From contig JAQVRT010000010.1 in the NCBI GenBank assembly GCA_028700905.1, forward strand, positions 1 to 15,995: a stretch of 15,995 nt of DNA, written 5' to 3'. The notes beneath the pieces are model-generated. The model saw only the letters and a list, made by a program, of their open reading frames with translations, had not been told where the DNA came from and did not search any database. Of the stretch, positions 7,446 to 14,138 are shown in pieces (within the stretch, counting starts at the first letter, position 1; every line of letters begins with the position of its first letter). Both the position numbers and the translations under genes were made by a program. The stretch comes from Candidatus Iainarchaeum sp. Lineage in GTDB: Archaea > Iainarchaeota > Iainarchaeia > Iainarchaeales > CSSED10-239.

Positions 7446-7467
7446 ATCAAAAGATTAAAGCAAAAAT

Positions 7468-7540
7468 GGTTCTGTGGTCTAGTGGTTATGATATCGCCCT
7501 TACAAGGCGAGGATCGGCGGTTCGAATCCGCCCAGAACCA
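7468..7540 (+). tRNA. tRNA-Val (anticodon UAC), no intron, CCA not encoded
   Basis: Folded by hand. Acceptor GGTTCTG/CAGAACC plus discriminator A; D-arm with GG; anticodon stem TCGCC/GGCGA with loop CTTACAA; T-arm GGCGG-TTCGAAT-CCGCC. GC-rich relative to its surroundings and followed by T6 (7542-7547). Confidence 0.93.
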
Positions 7541-7581
7541 CTTTTTTGTAATCTCTTTTTCTTAGAAATATATTAATTTAT

Positions 7582-7589
7582 TTTATAAA
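7582..7589 (+). promoter_or_regulatory. Putative TATA box (TTTATAAA) for a leaderless transglutaminase-like gene transcript
   Basis: A consensus-like octamer is centred ~27 nt upstream of the ATG at 7613, with no SD-like purine motif between them. Confidence 0.4.
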
Positions 7590-7612
7590 TATTATGGTAT
7601 ACTATTTTTCTT

Positions 7613-9394
7613 ATGAAATTAAAAATTATTTTACTTATATTTTTATTATTAATTACTCCTTTAGGATATCTTGAAGAAACAGATAGTCAATCTTTAGATT
7701 TTGATGTAATTAAAACAAAATTTATGGATGTAAATGTTTCAATTGAAATTCCAATATATCTTGATCAATATTCTAAAGAATCTTCTTTTGTTTTAACAAC
7801 TCCAGTCTTTGTAACAACTAATTCTCAATCAGTAGACTTAGATGCTTATTATTTAGAAAATGGACAAAAAGTTTATGCAGATTATAGTGAAGATGAATAT
7901 GGTAATAAATTTGCAATTTTTGATGTTAAAAAAATAACTAAAGATCAATATTCTTTTTTTATAGATGCAAGAATAATTTCTGAAAATAAAATTATTTTTG
8001 CAGAAGATGTTTTTTCTCTTGAAAATGAAATTACTGATTTTAAGGAATATAAAGCTTCTACAAGATATATTAATTCAGATAGTAGTGAAATTATTTCAAT
8101 GGCAAATTATTTAAAAAAATCAGATAATGCTTTAAAAGAACTTACAAATATTATTGATTGGACTTATAATTTTGTAGAATATGATTTAAGTTATTCAAAT
8201 AAAACTGTTGAAGCAGTAAATGTTTTATCAGAAAGAAAAGGAGTTTGTTCAGAGTTTGCAATTCTTGCAGCTGCTATCTTAAGAGAAAGAGGCTTTCCTA
8301 CAAGATATGTAACTGGGTATGCAAACAGTACTCTTGATTGGCAAGCCCATGCATGGCTTGAAGTATATATCCCTGGACAAGGTTGGGTTCTTGCAGATCC
8401 TACTTTTGGAGAAGTTGGTCTTGTTGATGCAAGTCATCTTTTAATTTCAAGATCTTTTGATCCTTCAGAAATTAAAGATAGAATAACTTCTTTTGGAAAT
8501 GTATCTTTAAGATTTGGAGAAAAAAAAGCAACCTTTAAGATTAATGATCATAAAAGTTTTTCAGATCTTGGATATTCAAATGCAATTTCTGTAGATTTTG
8601 ATTTTCCTGAAAAAATAAAAGAAAATTCTGCTTTTTTTATAAAAGCAAATATTACAAATACAACCTCAAGAGCAATGTCTGTGTTTTTTATGTTAAACAC
8701 TCATCAGGATTTTGAATTAATCTATCCTGAAAATACAGATAAAATATTATATCTTGAACCATTTAAAGAAGAAGTTTTAACTTTTTATTTAAAATCAAAT
8801 GTTGATGTTCCAAATAATTATTATAAAACATATAGTTTTAATTTAAAGTCACAAGTAACAGATTATAGTGATTCTTTAAATGTTTATAATGATGAAGGTT
8901 ATTTTCAAGAAGCTTTTTTTGTAACTGAACCTTTATTGTATGTTGATAAAGAGGTTTTAAAATATAGTTTAGAAGTTATTAATTTTACTGATGAAAAAAA
9001 AGTTTTAAATTTTGATTTTAATAATAATAATGTTTTAAGTTCTGAAATTATAGAAGTTCCAATTAATTCAACATATTTTTTTGAAAAAGAATTTGGTGTT
9101 TTAAAAAATACTTCTTTTAGTTATTTAATTTCACAAGATTATGATCTTTCAAATAATTTTTTTATTTTTGATGATTCTATTGAAGAAAAAGAAGTTATTG
9201 TAATTGATGGTAATGTTCAAGATCAAGTTAAGCCTTCTGAAAAAGATAATAATTTAGTTGTTTGGGAAGATGAAAAATTTCCTAAAGAAGAAACTTCTTC
9301 AAATAACTTAATTGGTATAATTATTGTGATTGTTTTTATTATTTTTACAATAGTTATTTTTGTTTCAAATAAGAAAAAGAAAGATGATTTATAG
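7613..9394 (+). CDS. Secreted/membrane-anchored transglutaminase-like (papain-fold Cys-His-Asp) protein
   Basis: N-terminal signal/TM MKLKIILLIFLLLITPLGYL. Transglutaminase core KGVCSEFAILAAAILRERGFPTRYVTGYA...HAWLEVYIPGQGWVLADPT (Cys, His, Asp). C-terminal TM LIGIIIVIVFIIFTIVIFV followed by KKKKDDL. At least nine N-x-S/T sequons. Confidence 0.85.
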   Translation: MKLKIILLIFLLLITPLGYLEETDSQSLDFDVIKTKFMDVNVSIEIPIYLDQYSKESSFVLTTPVFVTTNSQSVDLDAYYLENGQKVYADYSEDEYGNKFAIFDVKKITKDQYSFFIDARIISENKIIFAEDVFSLENEITDFKEYKASTRYINSDSSEIISMANYLKKSDNALKELTNIIDWTYNFVEYDLSYSNKTVEAVNVLSERKGVCSEFAILAAAILRERGFPTRYVTGYANSTLDWQAHAWLEVYIPGQGWVLADPTFGEVGLVDASHLLISRSFDPSEIKDRITSFGNVSLRFGEKKATFKINDHKSFSDLGYSNAISVDFDFPEKIKENSAFFIKANITNTTSRAMSVFFMLNTHQDFELIYPENTDKILYLEPFKEEVLTFYLKSNVDVPNNYYKTYSFNLKSQVTDYSDSLNVYNDEGYFQEAFFVTEPLLYVDKEVLKYSLEVINFTDEKKVLNFDFNNNNVLSSEIIEVPINSTYFFEKEFGVLKNTSFSYLISQDYDLSNNFFIFDDSIEEKEVIVIDGNVQDQVKPSEKDNNLVVWEDEKFPKEETSSNNLIGIIIVIVFIIFTIVIFVSNKKKKDDL

Positions 9395-9422
9395 GTATTT
9401 ATAAAAAAAGGCATCAAATCTA

Positions 9423-9430
9423 TTTATAAA
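9423..9430 (+). promoter_or_regulatory. Putative TATA box (TTTATAAA) for tRNA-Gly
   Basis: The same octamer as at 7582, ending 27 nt upstream of tRNA position 1 (9457). A second copy lies at 9398-9405. Confidence 0.4.
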
Positions 9431-9456
9431 TATTTATCTTCTTAATTATATTATAG

Positions 9457-9528
9457 GCACTCGTAGTATAGTGGTTAGTATGGGAGCTTGCCAAGCTTTC
9501 GGCCCGGGTTCGAACCCCGGCGAGTGCA
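9457..9528 (+). tRNA. tRNA-Gly (anticodon GCC), no intron, CCA not encoded
   Basis: Folded by hand. Acceptor GCACTCG/CGAGTGC plus discriminator A; anticodon stem GGAGC/GCTTT (two G-U pairs) with loop TTGCCAA; 4-nt variable region; T-arm CCGGG-TTCGAAC-CCCGG. Confidence 0.93.
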
Positions 9529-9620
9529 TCAACTGGTTATGCTCAGTTGACACGCAAAAGTATTCAAGCTTGCAGGCGTTGTTAACATGTAAAATTTGCT
9601 AAGCTTTAAGGCGTTTTTTA
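9529..9620 (+). other. GC-enriched structured element (tRNA-Gly trailer / rpp21 leader / candidate small RNA)
   Basis: By hand count about 36% GC, versus much lower GC in the other spacers. Hairpin 1 is TCAACTG (9529-9535) / CAGTTGA (9544-9550), 7 bp with an 8-nt loop. Hairpin 2 is AAGCTTGC (9566-9573) / GC-t-AAGCTT (9598-9606), 8 bp with one bulge. AGGCGTT is repeated at 9574-9580 and 9609-9615. It ends in T6 (9614-9619). Confidence 0.4.
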
Positions 9621-9623
9621 TAT

Positions 9624-9929
9624 ATGGTTAAAGATAAAAAAAAAGTTATTGAAAAAATAAATTTTTTAATTGATTTTGCAATTTCTCAAAAACAAGAAAA
9701 TAATCCTTATATTTATGATTATATTAATATTTCTTTTAATTTAGCAAAAAAAATAAACTACAGGATGCCAAAAGAGATTCATAGAAAGGTTTGTAAAAAT
9801 TGTTTTTCTATAAGATCTTTAGAGAACACAAAGATTAGAACTTTAAGAGAGAAGAAAAATGGTGTTATTGTAAAATCTATAAAGCTTCACTGTCTTTCTT
9901 GTAATCATATTAAAAAAATTAGAGTTTAA
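9624..9929 (+). CDS. rnp4: RNase P protein component 4 (Rpp21/Rnp4 family, zinc ribbon)
   Basis: An N-terminal helical region is followed by R..CK.C (HRKVCKNCFS) ... IRT...KLHCLSCNH, a CxxC...CxxC zinc ribbon with the Rpp21 layout. Length is 101 aa. Confidence 0.8.
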   Translation: MVKDKKKVIEKINFLIDFAISQKQENNPYIYDYINISFNLAKKINYRMPKEIHRKVCKNCFSIRSLENTKIRTLREKKNGVIVKSIKLHCLSCNHIKKIRV

Positions 9930-10104
9930 GGCTATTTTTAACCATAAAGAAACATATTTAAATAGAACTCTACCTATATTATATATTATTAGACTTTTTT
10001 ATATTAGTTGTTTAAACAATAACTTTTTAAAAAAAAAGAATCTATAAAGATGAGAATATATTCTAATAAAAGATATATTTGATATAAACATGAGGTGAGA
10101 ACTC

Positions 10105-10608
10105 TTGACAAGTGTTAAAGATGTAAATCCACACGCCCTTATCAATATGGTCGCAAAGGACCTTAAAGAAACAAAGGGTGTCAAGATGCCAGAGTTTGCC
10201 GCATTTGTAAAAACCGGCTCTCATAGAGAAAGAACCCCAGATAATCCAGACTGGTGGTTTGTAAGAATGGCATCTATTTTAAGAAAAGTATACATTTCTG
10301 GAAGCGTTGACGTAAATTCTTTAAGGAATTATTATGGTGGACGTAAGAATAGAGGTGTTAGACCAGAGATTTTTAGAAAAGCTGGTGGAAAAATAATTAG
10401 AGTTTGTCTACAAGATTTAGAAAAGTTAGGTTTTGTTAAAATTTCAGATAATAAAAATGGAAGAATTTTAACATCTAAAGGACAAAAATATCTTGATTTA
10501 ATGGCAAGTAATTTATCTAAAGTTTCTCCTAAAGAAATCAAAAAAGAACCTCTTGAAAAGAAAGTTAAACAAGAAAAGCCAAAAGTAGAGGTTGAAGAAA
10601 AACAATAA
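10105..10608 (+). CDS. rps19e: Ribosomal protein eS19 with a short Lys/Glu-rich tail
   Basis: VKDVNPHALINMVAKDLK...PEFAAFVKTGSHRERTPDNPDWWFVRMASILRKVY...GGRKNRGVRP...GGKIIRVCLQDLEKLGFV is the eS19 pattern. The only in-frame start is TTG 10105, 7 nt after GAGGTGA (10092-10098). Confidence 0.9.
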   Translation: MTSVKDVNPHALINMVAKDLKETKGVKMPEFAAFVKTGSHRERTPDNPDWWFVRMASILRKVYISGSVDVNSLRNYYGGRKNRGVRPEIFRKAGGKIIRVCLQDLEKLGFVKISDNKNGRILTSKGQKYLDLMASNLSKVSPKEIKKEPLEKKVKQEKPKVEVEEKQ

Positions 10609-10632
10609 AATGTTTTTAGGAGTTGAATATTT

Positions 10633-10953
10633 ATGGCAAGAAATAAAGATAAAGAATTTAAAGAGTTTTTAATAGCTCAAAGGAAAAAAGTTGGTCCAGG
10701 TTATATGAATACTCCTGTTTGGATTATTCAAAAAGCAGGAAAAAGAATCTGGAATAGAAGACAAAAAAGAAATTGGAAAGAAACAGAATTTGGATCCCAA
10801 TATAAACAATTAAAAGAAGATCAAGAAAAAGCAAAAGCAAAAACTTATTTTAAAAGTGGAAAAAAAGTAAAATCTTCTAAGTCTTCTACAAGAAAGGTAA
10901 GAAATAGGAATACTACTATTATACCTAAAAAAATAAAAGGTAAAAAAAGGTGA
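10633..10953 (+). CDS. rpl39e: Ribosomal protein eL39 with a ~53-aa basic C-terminal extension
   Basis: MARNK...NTPVWIIQKAGKRIWNRRQKRNWKETEF matches the ~50-aa archaeal eL39 core. The ORF then continues for 53 more residues (GSQYKQLKEDQEKAKAK...KKIKGKKR). AGGAG lies upstream of the ATG. Confidence 0.85.
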   Translation: MARNKDKEFKEFLIAQRKKVGPGYMNTPVWIIQKAGKRIWNRRQKRNWKETEFGSQYKQLKEDQEKAKAKTYFKSGKKVKSSKSSTRKVRNRNTTIIPKKIKGKKR

Positions 10954-10960
10954 ATAGATT

Positions 10961-11452
10961 ATGCCTGCAGAAAGTTATATAGTACCATTACAAAGAGCTT
11001 ATGATAAGCCTAGAACTAGAAGATCAAATGTTGCTGTTAAAGAAGTTTTTGATTTTTTATTTAAACATACAAGAAAGAAAAAAGAAAACATTATTATTTC
11101 AAAGGAAGTTAATGAATATATCTGGAGTAGAGGTATTCAAAAACCACCTAGAAAAGTTGCAATTTCAATTAAAGAAAAAGACAACAAAGTTTATGTTTTC
11201 TTAAAAGATTCAAAAGAAATTGAAAAATTCTTAAACAAAGATAAAGAAGTTAAAGAAAAAAAATCAATTAAACAAACAGTAACTGAAATTAAGGAAAACA
11301 TACAAAATCCTACAGCAACAAAAAAGACTTCTGTTAAAAAAGAAGAAAAAGCTCCTGCTCAAAAAGAAGTTGCTTCTTCTCCAAAAACAGAAGAAAAATC
11401 TTCAGTTAAAAAAGAAACTAAAGATGATTCTTTAGATAAAAAGGAAGAATAG
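10961..11452 (+). CDS. rpl31e: Ribosomal protein eL31 with a ~75-aa Lys/Glu/Ser-rich C-terminal extension
   Basis: IVPLQRAYDKPRTRRSNVAVKEVFDFLFKHT...ISKEVNEYIWSRGIQKPPRKVAISI...VYVFL is the eL31 core. AGGTGA lies upstream of the ATG. The tail runs from about aa 90 to 163. Confidence 0.85.
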   Translation: MPAESYIVPLQRAYDKPRTRRSNVAVKEVFDFLFKHTRKKKENIIISKEVNEYIWSRGIQKPPRKVAISIKEKDNKVYVFLKDSKEIEKFLNKDKEVKEKKSIKQTVTEIKENIQNPTATKKTSVKKEEKAPAQKEVASSPKTEEKSSVKKETKDDSLDKKEE

Positions 11453-11456
11453 TTTT

Positions 11457-12134
11457 ATGAGACTTTCAAGAACAAAAATAAATAATACACCTTATTTAGG
11501 TGTATATTCTGTGTGTACAGATGATTTTTGTATTGTTCCAAACAATATCTTAAAAAAAGAAGAAGCTGTTTTAGAAAAGTTTCTTCAAACAAAAATCATT
11601 AAGACATCTATAAATGATTCTCCATTGATAGGTGTTTATCTTTTAGCACATGGAAATAAAGTTGTTGCTTGTAAAAATTCTATTAAAAAATATGAAATTG
11701 ATTTACTTGAAAAGAATGGTATTGAAGTTAAATTAATTAAAGAAGAACATAATGCTTTAGGAAATTTAGTTTCACTTAACTCAAATTATGGTTTTGCAAG
11801 TCCAATTCTTTCAGATAAAACAGTTTCAGAAATTTCTTCTTTTTTTAATATAAAAATTGAAAAAAAAGAATTATTATCTTTAGATATTTTAGGTAGTATT
11901 CTTTATGCTAATGATTATCTTTTTATTGTAAATCCAACTATTGATGAAAAAGATTTTTTAGCAATTAAGAAAAAACTAAAAGTTGAAGGTATTGCAACAA
12001 CTCTTAATTATGGTGGTTTATTTGTTGGTAATGATGTTATTGCAAATAAAAATGCTGTTTTAGTTGGTGCTAATACAAGTAACATTGAAATAATGAAAGT
12101 TGATGATGTTGTTTTAATGCATGATAAATTATAA
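11457..12134 (+). CDS. eif6: Translation initiation factor 6 (aIF6)
   Basis: At 225 aa it has the typical length and periodic pentein-like repeats: PYLGVYSVCTDDFCIVPNN, SPLIGVYLLAHGNKVV, NALGNLVSLNSNYGFASP, ILGSILYANDYLFIVNP, GGLFVGNDVIANKNAVLVG. It holds the conserved position after rpl31e. Confidence 0.9.
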   Translation: MRLSRTKINNTPYLGVYSVCTDDFCIVPNNILKKEEAVLEKFLQTKIIKTSINDSPLIGVYLLAHGNKVVACKNSIKKYEIDLLEKNGIEVKLIKEEHNALGNLVSLNSNYGFASPILSDKTVSEISSFFNIKIEKKELLSLDILGSILYANDYLFIVNPTIDEKDFLAIKKKLKVEGIATTLNYGGLFVGNDVIANKNAVLVGANTSNIEIMKVDDVVLMHDKL

Positions 12135-12148
12135 AGGAGTGAAATAAA

Positions 12149-12610
12149 ATGCCAGGAAATGAAAAAAAGACTATTAAACTTAATAAAGATCAAACAATTT
12201 CACTTTATAAAGCTAAAGAAAATGAAATTAATGGTATTTCTAAAAGACTTCAAGAAATTAATAATCTTTTTACAGAAATATCAAAAGCAGAAAATACATT
12301 AAATGAAATTAAAAATGTAAAATCTTCTGAAAGTATCTTAATGAATATTGGTGCTGGAGTATTAGTTGAATGTAAAGTTGATAATACAAAAGAAGTTAAA
12401 ATTTCTCTTCCAGGAACAATAATTGTTTCAAAAGATATTGATGCTGTTATTAAAGATATTGAAAACAGAAAACAAGAGTTATTAGATATTAGAAAAAAAT
12501 TATCTGATGCTTATAATAATAATGTTAAGACATTACAACAAGTTTCAAAAGCAATTCAAGTAATGCAAAAACAAAACAATAAAGAAGCTGACTCAAATAA
12601 CGTGAGTTAG
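12149..12610 (+). CDS. pfdA: Prefoldin alpha subunit
   Basis: Coiled-coil N- and C-termini flank a double beta-hairpin core, ILMNIGAGVLVECKVDNTKEVKISLPGTIIVSKDIDAVIKDIENRKQEL. AGGAGTGA lies upstream. It holds the conserved position between eif6 and ftsY. Confidence 0.8.
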   Translation: MPGNEKKTIKLNKDQTISLYKAKENEINGISKRLQEINNLFTEISKAENTLNEIKNVKSSESILMNIGAGVLVECKVDNTKEVKISLPGTIIVSKDIDAVIKDIENRKQELLDIRKKLSDAYNNNVKTLQQVSKAIQVMQKQNNKEADSNNVS

Positions 12611-12653
12611 GTTTTCTTTTATCTTTTTTTAATTAATAGAGGTTTTTTAAGAT

Positions 12654-14132
12654 ATGTTTGGTCTTTTAAAAAAGAAATTTAAAGATTTGTCAGATAAAAT
12701 ATTAGGTAAATCTAAAGAAAAAATTGATTCTGAAGATCAAAGTCAAGAAGAAACTTCTTCTGATACTTCTAAGACTTTAGATGTTCCTGAAGAAAAATCT
12801 CCTGTTTTTAAAGAGTCAATATCTACTTCTGAAGAATTTTCTGTTCCTAAAGTAAAAGATGTTAAAGAAGAGATCTCAACTCCTAAAGTAGAAGACTCTA
12901 AAGTAGAAATCCCTACTCCTAAAGTTGATGATGTTAAAGAAGAGATCTCTATTCCTAAAGTAAAAGATGTTAAAGAAGAAATCTCTATTCCTAAAATAGA
13001 AGACTCTAAGAAAGAAAAAACATTTTCTAAAGTAGAAATTCCTTTTCCTGAAGTAGAAAAATCTACTCCTAAAGTAGAAGATGTTAAAGAAGAAATCTTT
13101 ACTCCTAAAGTAGAAGATTCTAAAGAAGAAATCTCTACTCCTAAGACAGAAGAAACTAAAGAAGAAAAACCTATTTTAAAAGAAGAAATAAAAGAAGATA
13201 AACAACCTTCAAAAGCTTATACAGATTTAGAATCTAAAAAAGTTGAAGATGTAAAAAAAACAACTTTTACAAAAATAAAAAGCTTATTTTCATCAAAAAT
13301 AAAATTATCTGAAAAAGAAATATCTGAATTTTTAGATGATTTTGAAATTTCTTTACTTGAAGCAGATGTTTCTATTGATTCTTCAACAGCAATTATTGAA
13401 GATTTAAAAAAAAGATTAGTTAATGCTTCTTTTTCAAAAACAAATATCTTAGAAGATATTAAATTAAATATTAAAGAAACTTTAAAAGAACAATTAAACA
13501 TTGATTGTGATATTAATAATTATATTTCTCAAAAACAAAACGAACCTTTAATAATTTTAATTATTGGACCTAATGGTGCTGGAAAAACAACAACTATTTC
13601 TAAATTTGCAAATCTTTATAAAAATCAAGGTAAATCTGTGGTTCTTGCTTCTTCAGATACTTTTAGAGCTGGAAGTATTGATCAACTAGAAGTTCATGCA
13701 AAGAGATTAGGTGTAAGAGTTGTAAAACAAAATTATGGTTCAGATCCAGCTGCAGTTGCTTTTGATGCAGTTGCTTCTGCTAAAGCAAATAAAAACGATG
13801 TTGTTTTAATTGATACTGCTGGTAGACAAGATACAAATATTAATCTAATGCAGGAACTTTCAAAAATAAAAAGAGTTGTAAAACCAGATCTTACAATCTA
13901 TATTGGGGAATCTCAATCTGGGCAAACAATTGTTGAACAAATACAAAAGTTTGATAAAGAAATAGGCGTTACTGGAGTAATTTTAACAAAAATTGATACT
14001 GACCCAAAAGGTGGAGTTGCAATTTCAATTCTTAATGAGCTTAAAAAGCCTATTTTCTATATTGGTACAGGGCAAGAGTATAATGATATAGAAAAATTTT
14101 CTCCAGAATATATAATTGAAAGAATTGTTTAG
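12654..14132 (+). CDS. ftsY: Signal recognition particle receptor FtsY with an expanded repeat-containing acidic A-domain
   Basis: C-terminal NG domain motifs are GPNGAGKTTTISKFA, DTFRAGSIDQL, DTAGRQ and TKIDTDPKGG. The N-terminal ~190 aa are acidic and Lys-rich with 12-aa repeats. Confidence 0.92.
   Translation: MFGLLKKKFKDLSDKILGKSKEKIDSEDQSQEETSSDTSKTLDVPEEKSPVFKESISTSEEFSVPKVKDVKEEISTPKVEDSKVEIPTPKVDDVKEEISIPKVKDVKEEISIPKIEDSKKEKTFSKVEIPFPEVEKSTPKVEDVKEEIFTPKVEDSKEEISTPKTEETKEEKPILKEEIKEDKQPSKAYTDLESKKVEDVKKTTFTKIKSLFSSKIKLSEKEISEFLDDFEISLLEADVSIDSSTAIIEDLKKRLVNASFSKTNILEDIKLNIKETLKEQLNIDCDINNYISQKQNEPLIILIIGPNGAGKTTTISKFANLYKNQGKSVVLASSDTFRAGSIDQLEVHAKRLGVRVVKQNYGSDPAAVAFDAVASAKANKNDVVLIDTAGRQDTNINLMQELSKIKRVVKPDLTIYIGESQSGQTIVEQIQKFDKEIGVTGVILTKIDTDPKGGVAISILNELKKPIFYIGTGQEYNDIEKFSPEYIIERIV
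12846..13175 (+). repeat. In-frame 36-nt (12-aa) tandem repeat array, about 9 units, inside ftsY
   Basis: Units read directly: PKVKDVKEEIST / PKVEDSKVEIPT / PKVDDVKEEISI / PKVKDVKEEISI / a degenerate unit / a short PEVEKST / PKVEDVKEEIFT / PKVEDSKEEIST / PKTEETKEEKPIL. The DNA-level consensus is CCTAAAGTAGAAGATGTTAAAGAAGAAATCTCTACT. Confidence 0.85.
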
Positions 14133-14138
14133 AAAATT

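Noticed and set aside
9529-9623. Whether the GC-enriched element is a C/D-box or H/ACA guide sRNA, a tRNA fragment or an RNase P RNA.
   Set aside because: There is no RUGAUGA or CUGA box, no ACA box following either hairpin, and no tRNA-like cloverleaf. At 95 nt it is far too short for any known RNase P RNA. It is kept only as an unclassified structured element.
9999-10184. A 61-aa minus-strand ORF spanning the rps19e start and upstream spacer.
   Set aside because: It overlaps the conserved N-terminus of eS19 in antisense and is Phe/Leu/Ser-rich shadow sequence. The remainder is promoter-like AT-rich spacer.
12846-13175. Periodic repeats that might superficially suggest a CRISPR-like or minisatellite array.
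   Set aside because: The 36-nt units are contiguous with no spacers, remain in frame, and encode a coherent 12-aa protein repeat inside ftsY.
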